Shown here one piece after another: positions 1 to 13,110 of a stretch of 64,000 nucleotides of DNA (position 1 is the stretch's first letter; each line of letters opens with the position of its first letter). The DNA is from the human T2T-CHM13v2.0 reference genome, Homo sapiens. The notes beneath the pieces were generated by a model. The model did not search any database and was not told the DNA's origin. It worked only from the letters and a program-made list of their open reading frames with translations. The DNA lies in NCBI RefSeq assembly GCF_009914755.1, contig NC_060927.1. One strand, 5' to 3'. Position numbers and translations under genes: made by a program.

Positions 1-50
1 CAGGGAAGTGGGAAAGCTCAGGGGTCCATCTTAGAATTCTATCTACCACA
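1..50 (-). mobile_element. MaLR LTR (MLT1-type) 5' end, cut by window edge
   Basis: Reverse complement TGTGGTAGATAGAATTCTAAGATGGACCCC resembles MLT1E/F/G LTR starts. Confidence 0.6.
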
Positions 51-1239
51 GTACTTTTGTTAGAGTTATAAATGACTTTTATAAACCATAATTGTATTAT
101 CTAAGGACTGATTATATGTGGGTGCTACTGCTGGTTCTCAAAATCAGCAATCTAAAAAGGAGGTATGATAAAAATGTTATGACAAAGGCTCCAAATTGCC
201 ATATAGTTTGTGCCATTAATTTAGAATACAACTTCCATGAAAACAGTCTGTTTAAAGCAGTTACATATTTTAGTCTGCAAAAGTTGTAGTATAATCAGGT
301 GAGTACAAAGGAAAGTACAAAGTACAAAGACTGCAGTATCAGAACAGTAGAAAAATGCTATTACCCACAGTAACTGTGAAGCAATATGCCCCACAAGAAC
401 ACATTACCCTTACTTTACATTTATACTTATGGGAAACTAAAACAGGTATTATAGACATTTTGAATCATGGACTTCCCTTACAATATAACATGATAAATGC
501 CAATATAGATATGTGTAAAATTCTTCACAGCAAAGCAGAGTCCATTGGCAAACAAAAGATAAGTAAAAAAAGACAGAACATTTTCCTTCCCACATAAATA
601 AGGTTGATTTAAATCAAATGGCCTGGGAGTATGTAGGGAGAAAAACAGAATCATCTGCAGACTGAAATATGTAAAGGCTCAACCACCTCTAATCCCATTT
701 CAAAAACTATAAGCAATAGCTGGCAGCTTGGATTGACAGATGTGTCAAGATGCCTGTACCCGTTAGGGTAGCAGCCGTGGTCAGGGCACTCTGGGCATTT
801 TTATTTTAAATCTTCAAGGAATTTTGCAAGTAATTATAAACAAACCTTTTTAAAAAAAAAAAATCCATCATAGTGAAATTGAGTATAGAATATAAGGTCT
901 TAACCCAGAAGCAAATATTTATTTAAAAGAGAATTTGCCTCCCCTGGGTGGGATCAGCTTTTTCATTGAACGAGAATCAATTCTCAGCATGATCTGGCCC
1001 TGAACTGCATTTTTAAATAACACTGATAATTGTTATTGCCACTTGCAAGTCACAAAGGACTAGAACATTTATAATATAGAAGTCAAAATGACTCTCCAAC
1101 TTTAATTATAAAATATATTTGATTGCTAGAAGACGTAAAGAATAGAAAAGCTCCGAAATGTGAAATCTGTTTCCTAAGTGGGCCAAGAAAGTGTGGTCCA
1201 GCTATATTAAATTACTTCTAATTCCACCAAATGCACCGT

Positions 1240-1600
1240 GCTGCCTCTTCCTGCCAAACCTTTGCAAATGCTATTCTCGCTTTGACTGGACCACTACTCC
1301 TAGCCCCTCATCTCTCAGTTTAGCCATTATCTTTTCCAGGAAGTCCTCCTTATTCATCCCACTCCCCTGGCTAGGTGAGGTGCCCCTCCTATGTGTAGTA
1401 TACCTGGCTGATAGAGCACACATCATCTACAGTCCTGTAACTTGCCTATTTAGTAATTTTCTCCATGAGTCTGAGTTCCCAGTGGGCAGAAATTACAACT
1501 TCTTCAATAATATATGTATCCCCAGTACCTTTGAGGCAGCCAGCTCATTACAGATGCTGAATGTGGACTATTGGATGGCTGGACAGCAGGAGGGCAGGCA
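1240..1600 (+). mobile_element. L2 3' end, degraded
   Basis: TCCAGGAAGTCCTCC, CTGAGTTCCC and GTATCCCCAGTACCT L2 3'-UTR-like motifs. Confidence 0.55.
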
Positions 1601-1696
1601 AACAAACAGGCCAGAGTAGGGCAATGGTGCCCAAGGCCTCATATGCCATAGGGACATGGAAAGAAGGAAAGGAAAAGTGTAATCAGATTCAGACAC

Positions 1697-1835
1697 TTGA
1701 GTACAGCCCAGGCTCTGTCACTAATTAGCTCCATGACCCTACATAAGTCACATCATCCCTCAGGTACTCTATATCTTGAGTGGAGAAATGAAGAGGTTGG
1801 ACTAGGAGGCTCCATCAAGTCTCTTCCAGGTTTAC
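1697..1835 (+). mobile_element. MIR
   Basis: GGCTCTGTCACTAATTAGCT...TGACC...AAGTCAC...AAATGAAGAGGTTGGACTAG MIR core and tail. Confidence 0.6.
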
Positions 1836-2485
1836 TGTTGTCTCATGTCTTCCTGTCTTCAAGACTGTCCAGGCTTCATCAGCATAACCAAAGTTACATG
1901 TCTTTTAAAATCAAATAATATTGGGTTGTGTACACTAGAGCCCAAAGGAAGAAAAATGGAGCTATGTGAAGACAGTGCCTGTAGATGCTGAATGAATGGA
2001 TGAATGAATGGGCAGGCTTCCCTGACTCTCTTTAATTGTTCCATTAGAGGGTAACTTTCCTAGCTTTGGTTCCTTTGATAATAAAATACCATTTCATCAA
2101 TGTCATCTCTAGGAGAAGGACAATTTCAAATCCCTTAGAAGAAAAGCAATGTATACAAAGGAGGAGGCTACTGAATTTGTTGCTTCACAGAGGAGCTTAG
2201 TTTTACCATGGAAGCCACAATCTCTATCCAAGAGACATGAAGCACACACAAAGTGACTTTTGAATATCATTCATTGGAGCAAAATGGACTTCTGACCAAC
2301 AGTATCGATCAATTGGTTAAAGTCACCAAGATGTTTTTTCCTAAACCATCTCACCAACATTGGGGCAAATAATTCCAGCCAAGTGCAGCAGCCATACACT
2401 GTTGGTGATTACTTGCCCTGTGGAATTTAATTAGCACTAGAACCCTTGGCATCACCTTCGCACCATGATGAAGACACACTGTATT

Positions 2486-2723
2486 GGATGTGAGGGCAAT
2501 CTGGCTGCAACATCTGTCACCCCATTGATGGCCAGGGTTGATTCGGCTGATCTGGCTGGTAGGCGGGTGTCCCCTTCCTTCCTCACCACTCCATGTGTGT
2601 CCCTCCCAAAGCTACATGCTTGGTCAAAGAGGACGACATCCCCAATAGAGGAGGACCGATCTTCAGTCAAGGGCATACGAGTAGCTGTGCTCCCCTGTTA
2701 GAACCCCCAAGCAAGCTGTCAAG
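2486..2723 (+). pseudogene. 7SK snRNA retropseudogene (RN7SKP-type), 7SK nt ~1-240, 3'-truncated, no poly(A)
   Basis: Begins GGATGTGAGGGC, the exact 7SK 5' end, and follows recalled 7SK at roughly 90% identity with mostly CpG-decay changes. Flanked by the perfect TSD AAGACACACTGTATT at 2471-2485 and 2721-2735. Confidence 0.95.
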
Positions 2724-3682
2724 ACACACTGTATTAAAGGATGCAAGAGCAAAGATGCCTATTCTTAGGTCCGGTGACATACTGCTACCCTACCAACACA
2801 AAATACATATAAATAACTTTCTGTGTAATATATTAAGTTAGATTTTTGTTATATTTTCCAAACCAGGAAAGACACTGTTCAAAAGAATTTGGCAAATCAC
2901 AAACACTAACCTGGATTATACTTTTTAATTGCAAATTTTTAGGCACTGTATTAGTTAAATCTACATTCAATCTACATTGAACAGAAAATTTTACCCTATC
3001 CCAAATGACTAGATCAAATGTATGAAAAGATTTATTTAATGTGAATATAGAAATAAGATTTTCAACCCAAAAGGTTGATAAAATAAAGTGTTTTTATTTT
3101 CAGTCAGGAAAAAAAGTCATATTAAAGGTCACTATTTTTCAAATGACTGCAATGCTGGTATTAAGCCAAAGAAATTTAAACTGGGTGTTATCTGCTGGGT
3201 GGGCTATCTCTGTTCTGTCTCAATCAGATGCTTTATTCCTATTACATGTTCCCTGTACTACACCTGACTAGCACCCCCCTAACAAATTAGTCGATATCAT
3301 GATAAGAATAGTCAGATCAGTTTTAATAATTGCAATAATTTTCAGGGTTCAAGAGTGTCATACACACTCACATATATAAGTATAGATTACTATATGTGAA
3401 AATTGTTAGACAGAAAGAGTAACAGTCCAAACACCATACACACTCATGTGCACACACACAAACATACACGAGAAATTCAACTCTGTAAGCTGCCTAAAAT
3501 AATGCCACAGAAAAAGTGCAGGTAAAAATGTTATGCATTTCAACTGAGATAATACTGAAAGGTGGGAGAAAGGTCTGTTATACTAAATAAAAACTTTTAA
3601 GAAATGCTACCTCAAGGCAGGGGGCCTAGAGAACCAAGATCAGTAGTGATCCTTACACAAGAAGGAAAGGACTCCTGTAGAC

Positions 3683-3896
3683 CAGGGCTTCTCTGGATGA
3701 TTATTTATTGGGGGGCAGAGGTGTCCTCTGCATATTAGGACATTTAGCAGCACCCCTGGAATAGACCCTACCCATGAGATGCTTAGAGCATCCTCCCAGC
3801 TATAGCAACCAAAAATATCTCCAGACATTAGCAAATGTTCCCAGGGGAGCAGGGAGGTTCTAAGCCTCTGTTACAGGCCCTGGTTAAGAACCTCTG
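3683..3896 (-). mobile_element. MER20 (hAT-Charlie MITE)
   Basis: CAACCAAAAATATCTCCAGACATT...CCTGGTTAAGAACCTCTG; degenerate 8-bp TSD CTGTAGAC/CCTTAGAC. Confidence 0.8.
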
Positions 3897-4567
3897 CCTT
3901 AGACCCATGGCCACCCTAGTTGTGATCCCAATCCCTGGGACACCAGGCTAGTTCCTGGCTTCAGATGCAAAGTGAGTTTGCCTACACCAAGGAGGTCAGA
4001 CCTATGTGAACAGCTCACTGCAAAGTGGAGCAGCTTCCCAGACCGTTTCCACTCTGGACTTGGCAAGGAATGAGGGATCTCCCAACTCAAGAGTTCACCT
4101 TCGTCTAGTCCAGGAAAGCTGCTTACATGTCTCAAATCATCTTTTGAGGTCTCAGTCCTTTAAGCCAACAACCAAAGGAAAGGGAAACTACCAACAGAGC
4201 AAACACGTCAATCCTTTAAAAATGAAGCAGTAAAACAATCTTAGAATGGTACATAAAGAGCTTCTGGGGGAAGAAAAATTAAACAGATATTGAAAGCCAC
4301 CACAATCTTTCTTTTTTCTACATATAACTTATCATATTTTTAAATACAGACCTGGTGTTATATTTTATTCATGTAATTCGTTCCCTACTTTTTTTAAAAT
4401 TACATTATTTAGTGGCTGCATCTCTGCTGGTTTTGTCCTAAAAAGAGGGGTTCTTATATATCAACCTCAGGTATGTTGCTCAAATTGTAGTTTAGCTAAT
4501 CTGTAAAAGTTAATGATCCCACTTGTCTCATGAGGGAAGCAGGATCATAAACTAGGAAAAACACCAG

Positions 4568-4785
4568 AATAGTGTGGTGGTTAAGAATAGCTCCATCCCT
4601 TTCCTGCCACGTCACTCTGAACGAGTTCTTCTCTAAACCATAGTCTCTCATTTTAAAAACCAAGATTATGATAGTGCCTATAAGCCATTAGGTCTGTTAC
4701 AAGAACGCATAACCTAAGGATGCAAATCATTTAGTGCAGTGTCTGGTATACAGTAAGGGTTCAAGAAATAGTATATAATATAATC
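4568..4785 (+). mobile_element. MIR
   Basis: TAGTGTGGTGGTTAAGA...TTAGTGCAGTGTCTGGTATACAGTAAG. Confidence 0.65.
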
Positions 4786-5599
4786 ATTTTATTATAAAAA
4801 TAATTATTTGCATGGAAATGCAAATAATTGGAAATGACCACATATAACCAGAAATTTCATTGTATCACTCTCATAAAATATCACCTTCCTAACAATCCAA
4901 TAAATTAGAAGTGAGAACTAGAGAAGGAAGCATTCTCTTTGCAGAATAAGATGATATTCTCTGTAAATACCACATTTCTTTTTATTAAAAAGGAAAATGA
5001 AGGAAGAGTGGCGAAACACCCTTACTCAAACCTTCATCCCTTTTTACCTTCCTAGGGTAATAGAACCAAGGCTGGAGATGTTAGGTGTGGGTACAGCAAC
5101 AGCCATTTCCTCTTCTGTGTTTTATTATTCGTGGTATGGTTCCATCTTGCAGCCTACACAGAACATACCGTGCTGGGAACAAGAGTGGGCTTGACATTTT
5201 GCTGGGGCAAATGACTCTCCTCAGAGCTAACAATATTCTTGGGTGAGAAGTAGATCTCAAAGCAATTTCTCCTCTCCCAAGTTCTCATTCATTGAGAATT
5301 TGCTGAGCTCATTTATTCACTCAATGCACATTGATCAAGGAGCATCACATGCCAAGAATTTTGCGAGAAGCTGGAGGTATCTTGATGATTATGGTTGGGG
5401 CACTCAAGCCCTGAGAGGAAAGCCAACATTCACCAAAGGGATGCATAATTCCAAACTGAACCAAGAAATAGTTCTCTAAGAGTGTAAAACCTCCCCCAGA
5501 CTGCAGTGTCAGCAAAGACTTCCCTGAGTAAGTGACATAAAAACAGAGCAGAAAGCTCAAGTGTAAAGCTTGGAGTCACATATCCCAGACTCTTATAAA

Positions 5600-5935
5600 G
5601 GCAGGGTCTGATTAGATCCTGCCAATGAGAGTCAGTTGTGTGAAGTTTGGAGCTCTGTCCCAGGACTTTGACTCTTGACTGACAGTGCAATGTGAGGGCA
5701 GAGGAAAGAGGGTGAGGGAGAGCAGCCGTCAACAGAAAAGACAGCTGACCAGACACTCCTGGTTATGAAATCAAAGTGGTGTTTGCCTTCTCTTGGTCTC
5801 TTAGGGCTGCCCTGGTTCTTGATCATCCCCAATCTGGTTCTACAGACCAGATATTGGGACCCCAGATATTCTTACAAAAAATTCCCTTTTGCTTAAGGTA
5901 GCCAGAAGTGGCTTCTGCTGTTTGCATCCATCAAG
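5600..5935 (+). mobile_element. Old MaLR LTR (MLT1J/K-like)
   Basis: 3' motif AAATTCCCTTTTGCTTAAGGTAGCC...TTCTGCTGTTTGCA. Confidence 0.55.
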
Positions 5936-5969
5936 TGATTTCCTTCTGGTAACGTGCCATATGTTGTTC

Positions 5970-6130
5970 TCCACTGCACTTATATTTAGGATTATGCATG
6001 TCTGTCTCCACAACTAGACTGTCAGTTTCTTGAGGACTGGAGATTGTCTCATTTCTCCCTGAACCTCCAGGACCTACAGTGGTGACTGACTGACACATAG
6101 GAAACACTCAGTAAATGTGAAATGAATATG
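5970..6130 (+). mobile_element. L2 3' terminus
   Basis: TGTCTGTCTCCACAACTAGACTGT...TTGAGG...ACTCAGTAAATGTGAAATGAAT. Confidence 0.7.
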
Positions 6131-9100
6131 ATGTTGCACATGTTCAAAAAATTAGGAGGTTTGCCAATAATAAGTATAAAAGCTCAACTAGATGTTTAAA
6201 CACTGAGAAAGAGCTCAAGTGAGTCAAAAAGTCCTCCACACTTTACTTCAATTTTACACTAACAGGGAAATCTCTATGTTCTGTATCTATCTTCTCAGGT
6301 ATTACTATAAAAAAATTTTTTTTTCCAGAAGAAACTCAGTAATCCCACAGTGTCCTTACCCCTGAGGTTATCATCATTCAGAATTTTCACCACCATACTT
6401 CCAAATAGGTAAAATCAACCTGCTGAAGTGGAAAGGTCCATATACACCACTCCCAGGAGCCAACTCCATTCACCCCTCTCTACCTTTTCCAACCCACAGG
6501 GCAATCCACAAAGTTCAGTAGGCAGCCAGTGGACTTGGCTTCCAGAGAGATCGCCATCTGTTTTTCTACCTTTAATAAATAAAGTACCTCTGCTCTATAA
6601 ATTCACATTGTTTATGGGACTAAGGCCTAGAAAGAAAATGGAGATAGAATTTTTGTCCAATTTTAATGGGTTTAAAAAAATTCGTGGGTAGCAAGTTTAT
6701 GCTGTAAGAATCTATGTGTTACATAACAGTCTGAATTTGATCGGGTTCAAATAATGCTACCATGTCCTAAAATCCTGGGCATTATACACTTTCCAAATGT
6801 ACAATGTCATCAGGTTTTATGACATTTCCTACAAAAACTCAATAGTCAGGTAGCACTTCATCAGTTACAGTTTAAATTCAGGTATGGGAACAGAAAACTA
6901 TGGCTGCAGCATGGAAACCATACCGCTCTTCTGATTTCAATGTCACAGCCCCACGGGAACATTTCACTAAACACTTTTCATACATGTGCATTTTTGTCCC
7001 CTGCTAAGAGAACTCCATGTCTTGGAATTACAGAGTACAGCCAAAAGTATGTTAGTAGGGCCAAAAATCCACTCTAGATGATCTCTGTCTTCCCACAAAA
7101 GCTTCATCAGAGATGCTCCTCCACCTGGGGTTTTCTGTTTATTCAGCCTCACTTCCTTCTTCAAGTGATGAAATGCTTAGAGCATCATGTCCATGCCTGT
7201 CTACATGGCTTATGGAGCACACAAGACTTCTGAGACTCAGAGCTCTGAAGGCAAAGCTGACAGATATGAAATGCAAGCCTAGCTTTGCCAGGGTAAACGT
7301 GGCCAGGAAAGGAGCATACCTAGTTCTACTGGCATCAAAACAGGGTTGCGAAAGAGTCTATGAGAAAGAAATATTAAGTAATACTGCATGTCTGACATTG
7401 ACATGAGCTTATTATTCTTCCATGCCAACACACCCTAATCCAAAGCTTATGCTATTCCAATCCAAGCCTGCCCTAAAACAGCCAATTATGCTGAATGCAG
7501 TCTAAGCTCCAAGGAGTCTCCAGACTTAAAGACAATGTTTCATTGGCCCATTCGTTTTTGTATTATTTCTACATTTTGAGTCAGCTTCTAAATCATATGC
7601 ATCACTTCTCTAGGGATTATTTCCCTTTCACATTGCAGGTATAATAGAGCTCCTGTGGCTTTGCTACATTGCCAGTGGTTTTATTTCCTTCCCAAATGTA
7701 TTGGTAAACTTGGTTTAAAAACCTGAAGCTGAGCAACCTCTCCAAATAAACATGAAACATTTCCAAACCCATTATCTACATGACTTCAACAAGTGATATC
7801 ATAATCATGTTGCCGAAAGGAGCCATAATATACAACTGGTTTTGTTCTAGAACTTCCAAACTGGTTCCCAAACTTTTGAGTCTGGCTGTGGAGGAAAGTT
7901 TAAAATTCTGCAAAACATTTGCATTGGCAAAAGTGGTCATTTGTCACTTATGCATTGGAAGTGCCATCCCAAAATATTCACTGAGAAAACTGTTGTCATT
8001 TATTCCTCAAGAATGAGCGCACTTAGTCTCAACTTCTGACAAAATGAACAAGTGTGATATTTTTCCCTAATTCACTCTCACACCTGGTGTCATCATCCTA
8101 AAAAGTGAAATTAAAAAAAGGCTTATTCTCTTAATTTACATTAATTATTTTATTATATATTCCTAAAGACAAAAAACACTTTTATCTAGGCTATGTGATC
8201 TTGGGCAAGCTTACCATAAGCCTCAATATTCCACAATTCCTTAGATTAATAATTGTGCCCATCTCACTAGGTAGTGGTCAAAAGTAAGTAAACAGTGCAT
8301 GTAACAAGCACTATTTACATGAGTAAACAGAGTAGTCAGCATACAGTGTTCCATATAAGCAAGTTCAATAAATGTAAGCTTTTGTTATTATTTGCAGCCG
8401 GAGATTTTAAATGAAAAATCTTCTTCTGAATCCTTAGAAAATGCTCCAAGACAGGCTACTATAACCATCTCTCTGTTATTCCCACGTATCCTAGACAGCC
8501 CCTTTGATTCAAGGGTCCTTAGTAATCTCTCCTGAGCTCTCTTCTAAATTTCTGTGTCAATTAGCTAGTGCTACAAGAGGAAGAGGATCCAATGACCAGG
8601 ACCTTGTCCATGAAGAGCTCTACAGAAATGAATTAATAATATGATTCATCAAATCACCAATATCCTGAGAGTTTCTAACGAATGCAGTGTCTCTACTTTT
8701 AACTCTTTGGTAAAGCCTCTATAATTTGGTTTGAATCTAACTTTGTTTTTAAAATGTGACAGACTCTATTCTGTACATGAATGTACCATTTAGGCTCTGG
8801 CTGACCATAACAGAACAGGAAGAGACTCACTGGCTCTCAGAGTTTAAGAAAGATTACAGAACTCACTTATGAAAAGACAAAATCATGGGGAATATCCTAA
8901 TAGATATTAGAATGCATTGATAATCTAATCACAGCCTCTGCACCGAAACAAATGAATGCCAGCTACTGTTGTCATCTTTGCATAGCTCGGTCCTTGAATC
9001 AAATTCACAAGAACAAGTGCTCCTGGCAGTAGGGGGTGAGCATGTAACATAACCTTGGCCAATCAAATGCTCCTACCCAAGACTTTAACTCTGGAGCAAG

Positions 9101-9468
9101 TTCATTTATCCATTCATTCAACAAATATTTATTAAGCATTTAGTATCTTTTGGGTACTAAACATACGGGGGAAAAGTCTGCCTTTTTGGAATTTACATTC
9201 TAGTAATATGAATGAACAATATATATATTTAAATATATATTTATTTATATTATATAAATTTTAAAAATACATATACACACAAAAACACATTTGTCAAATG
9301 GTTAAAAGTTCTAATTAAAAAAATAAAACTGGATGAGAGAAGACAGAGGGCAGGAATGTGGGTGGTCATGCAATTTTATGCAGGATGGACAAAAAAGGCC
9401 TGTAACAAAGCACTATTTGAACAGAGACCTGAAAGAAGCAAAGGCATGAGCCATGTGGCTATTTCGAG

Positions 9469-9759
9469 CAGTTCTGTCAATAGGAACATAATGTGAGTCA
9501 CACAGGTAATTTTAAGCTTTCTAGTAATTACATTAAAAAAAGTAAAAAGAAACAAGTGAAATTCATTTTCATTTACCTGATATGTCCAAAATATTTTCAT
9601 TTCACCATATAATCAAACTAAAAATTGATTCACGAAAGCGCTTCCATTTTTTTCATAATAAGTCTTCCAGATCTGATGTGCACTTCACACTTAAAGCACA
9701 CCTCAGTCAAGGCCTTAATCGCTACAAGTGGCTCGTGACTACCACAATGGGCAGCACGG
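9469..9759 (+). mobile_element. MER33 (hAT-Charlie)
   Basis: CTGTCAATAGGAACATAATGTGAGTCACA...ACATTAAAAAAAGTAAAAAGAAACAAGTGAAATT. Confidence 0.75.
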
Positions 9760-9994
9760 GTTCAGAATGAGAATGTCCCCATAAAAGCTACAGTAAATGT
9801 CAGGTACCAAGACAGCATGCCTCATGTGTCTGCAGAAGAACACAAAGGCCACAGTGACTGATGTAGTCTGAGCAAAGGGGAAGGCAGTGAGACAGGAGGC
9901 CAGACTGGCCAGAGGGAGCCCAATCCTGCAGGGTGTCCTGGGCCTTCCACTGTTACTCTGAGTGACAATGGAAGCCAATGGAGGTGGGGACAGC

Positions 9995-10140
9995 TCCATG
10001 GACCTCTGACCTGTGCAGCTGCACAGGTCCCTATGCTTGGTTTAAGGCTCTACGGTTACCATCCTGAAATTCTCAATTTTGGGACAGGGGTGTCATGTTT
10101 ACATTATGCAATGGACCCCCAAAATTATGTAATTGGTTGT
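9995..10140. mobile_element. MER91A-like hAT-Tip100 MITE
   Basis: GCTTGGTTTAAGGCTCT...CTGAAATTCT...CCCCAAAATTATGTA. Confidence 0.6.
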
Positions 10141-11203
10141 GACTGGAGAGTTTTTATCAGAGAGTGACATGAACCGTTTTATGCATTATGAGGATTAATC
10201 CAGTTTCTGTGTTAAGAATAGGCTGTAGGAAACATGACAAGAAAAACATCTGGAATGCTGTAGATCAACGCCAGGTGAGAAATGACGATAGCAGGTGACA
10301 CCAAGAACAGGGGACAGTTAGTTCCATTTGCTGCAGCAGAGCACCTGACAACATGCCTGTGGATGGCAGCATCCAGGTCAGAGGCTCCTGCGGCCCACCA
10401 TTGATTTCCACCTAATTTCCTCTCTGGCCCCCTGTTCATCTGTGAGCCTTGTATCTTCCCAACACATTTTATTTTTTTTGTAAAAGAGCAGCCATTGGTT
10501 TCTCTTCACACCCACCCTTTTACTAAGAGAAGGCAGGATACTCAATGGCCCCACTAAAACTATATACAGTAGCAAACAGAAATTCTCCAAAAGAAAATCG
10601 GGAATGCTATCACAAAATCAGGGTCCCCTATAAGGGAGAAATCGAGCTGCTAAAGGAAGGAAGGAAGAGCCCTAACAAGGTCAAGCATCTTCTGTGTTGC
10701 ATCACTGTGGCTGGGAATTATTATACATTCTTTCCATTGATTTCAATTAAGTAATGGGTATAAAACATTACCCCTGCCTCCCAAAAATCTATATGGGCTT
10801 CACAGAATAGGATCTACTACAGTTTATGTGACTATCAAATGTATCTAAAATACATTCAGGACCCACAAATACATTGCTAACTCTCAGGAAGAAAAAATTA
10901 ACTTTTGGGACCTTTGGTTATTTTAGATTTGTATCTAAATTTGTACAATTCTCTCTATGTTTAAGCTGCTGAATAAAAAATTATCATCACTATTTAGTTT
11001 CTAGGTAATCAAATAGAAAATTCATCAAGCAACGCTAATATTGACATGATGCAACTACCAGTAAGTGAAACACCAGTATGAAAATCAGCCTATTCTTCCT
11101 AAAGATTCGTAAAAGATCACTTATTTTCCATGTGCTCAAAATTTTTCTAAAATGACAAAACATGGATGATACCCCACTTGAAGGTCTTATGTCAGCTACT
11201 CAC

Positions 11204-11371
11204 CTTTTTCTGAAGAACATTGATTTTTCTTTCCTTCACTTCTAACATATCTTTCATGTCACGAATTTCACCGGCCAGTGTCCCCTTCTCTTCTGTGAGG
11301 TCCTGTAGCTGTTTTGTTTTTTTATTGAGGAAAGATTCTTTTTCTTCCAGTCGTAATCTCAGCGCATCTAC
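11204..11371 (-). CDS. ERC2: Internal coding exon of ERC2 (ELKS/RAB6-interacting/CAST family member 2), coiled-coil region; probably exon 7 (number recalled)
   Basis: Minus strand reads ...ctgtctttttcctgatttcag|GTAGATGCG...CAGAAAAAG|gtgagt, 168 nt, phase 0/0. It translates to VDALRLRLEEKESFLNKKTKQLQDLTEEKGTLAGEIRDMKDMLEVKERKINVLQKK, which I recognise as ERC2; the paralog ERC1 has KETMLNKKTKQIQDMAEEKGTQAGEIHDLK here. Confidence 0.96.
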
Positions 11372-12529
11372 CTGAAATCAGGAAAAAGACAGAAGGTTGT
11401 GGTTTTACAGAAAGGTCATCAATAACCATCAATTGTGCCCTTTGAGGAGGCAGGGCAGCAGCATGTTTACTGAGCAAGGCACAATGGAACCACTGCTCAT
11501 GGCACCTCACTGCCCTGCATTTTAACAGCCTACATCCTTCTTAAAGCCCTATTGTGTGCACATCTCAATAGTGATACTTTAAAAAAAAAAATAAGACTTC
11601 TTTGAAATAAGACATTATGAAATAGTAGTAGGTTTCCATGTTTGTTTCCCTACTACAACATGTTTGTCTAAGCTTGGAAACAAAGCACATCAATACTCCC
11701 ATGTCTCTCTGAGAGTCCAGGGAGGATAAAATACTGCTCAAGCTTTGCAGCATCGTCCTGAAATACGGAGAACACAATGAGCCATGCCATGGACATCCAG
11801 AGGAACAAGATTGACATGTAGAGAAACACTCCTAAATTAGAAAAATACATGTTGCCAAGAGGACACTCATGCTGCTGGAGGAAGAAAATAAGATAGAAAT
11901 GAAACACCCATGCTCCAGCCTCATGAGACTGCTTTCCAAATACTTTTAAAGAAAAAAAAAGAAAAAGACAAAGCATACAAAAAAAAATTCCTCCTTGTAA
12001 CTCAGCTCTAAAATTTAAAAAAAATATAATTCCTGCTTTCAAATGTTGTTAATAAAAAAGAAAATATAAGTTTTTTTTTTAATTTAACATTCTGAAGCCC
12101 ATGTGCAAAGAAAGGTCTATTTCTAGACTACTCAGATTAGATCATAGAAAAATATCACTGGGGTGGTAAAAAAGAAATGAGACAACAAAAAGAATATGAA
12201 GACCATCAGAATACCATTTTGAGTTAATTTTCTGTAGCATTTTTAAATTGTACTTTTTTGATATACAACACCATATTTGCAACCATGTTTATAAATGTAC
12301 ACTAATCCAGTCTTAAAATGCAACTGTGACAAACACTTTATTTGAAGGATTATTGTCCTTAATTATCGACAATGACAGACTATGAGATTTCCAAGAGTCT
12401 TGTTCTCAGCTAAACAATGACATTCAATAAGTTACTCCCAAAGCATTTACTTTTTTTATTGGATATATATATTAAAAAGATTAGGACCCTTTGCCACAAT
12501 TATCTTGCTGCCACTTCAGCAGATACTAC

Positions 12530-12889
12530 TGTTATGGTCTGAATGTGTTGCTCAAAATTCATAAATTGAAATCAAATCCCCAATACAATAATATTAAAAG
12601 GTGGGGCCTTTAGGAGGTGATTAGGTCATGAGGGCAAAGTGCCTCATGAATGGGACTAATTGCTACATAAAAGAAGCCCAAAGGAATTCATTCACCCCTT
12701 CCACCATGTGAGAACACAGCACGATGGCACCATATATGAAGCATTGATTGATCTCTCATCAGACAAGAAATCTGCTGATGCCTTGATCTTGGACTTTCCA
12801 GCCTCTGTAACTGTAAGACATAAATTTCTGTTGTTTATAAGCCACCCAGTCTCGGTGCTTTGTTCTAGCAGCCTGAATGAACTAAGACA
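12530..12889 (+). mobile_element. MLT1A0-like MaLR solo LTR
   Basis: TG...CA termini, GGTGGGGCCTTTAGGAGGTGATTAGGTCATGAGGG and CTTGATCTTGGACTTTCCAGCCTC; 5-bp TSD ACTAC/ACCAC. Confidence 0.85.
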
Positions 12890-13110
12890 ACCACCATGAT
12901 TTATTTTTTCTGGATCATTAAAGACACCTTAACACTTGATTGTATGTCAAAGCCAGGGTTAGAACAATCCAGGAACTAACTCTTCAAGGATCAGTCCTGA
13001 TCCCTTTGGCAAAGGATGTATGAAGTAACTCTTTGTCAGTCCCCTTGATGTGGGAAAGGAATATGTTATGTTTACTACAACAAATCAAAATTAAATAAGA
13101 TCATATGGAA

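Larger units (their letters stand above)
9100..10290 (-). mobile_element. L2 interrupted by MER33 and MER91A
   Basis: CATTCATTCAACAAATATTTATTAAG tail; L2 body motifs resume after each insertion. Confidence 0.65.

Noticed and set aside
2452-2841. Three overlapping ORFs of 74-82 aa
   Set aside because: They result from reading the GC-rich 7SK pseudogene.
9221-9240. 20-bp AT palindrome ATATATATTTAAATATATAT
   Set aside because: Expected by chance in AT-dinucleotide low-complexity sequence.
9985-10010. REST/RE1-like CAGCTCCATGGAC
   Set aside because: Mismatches both conserved half-sites (CAGCACC and GGACAG) and lies at a repeat boundary.
11322-11510. 62-aa minus-strand ORF overlapping the exon
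   Set aside because: It is the wrong frame of the ERC2 exon plus intron; the splice sites define the true frame.
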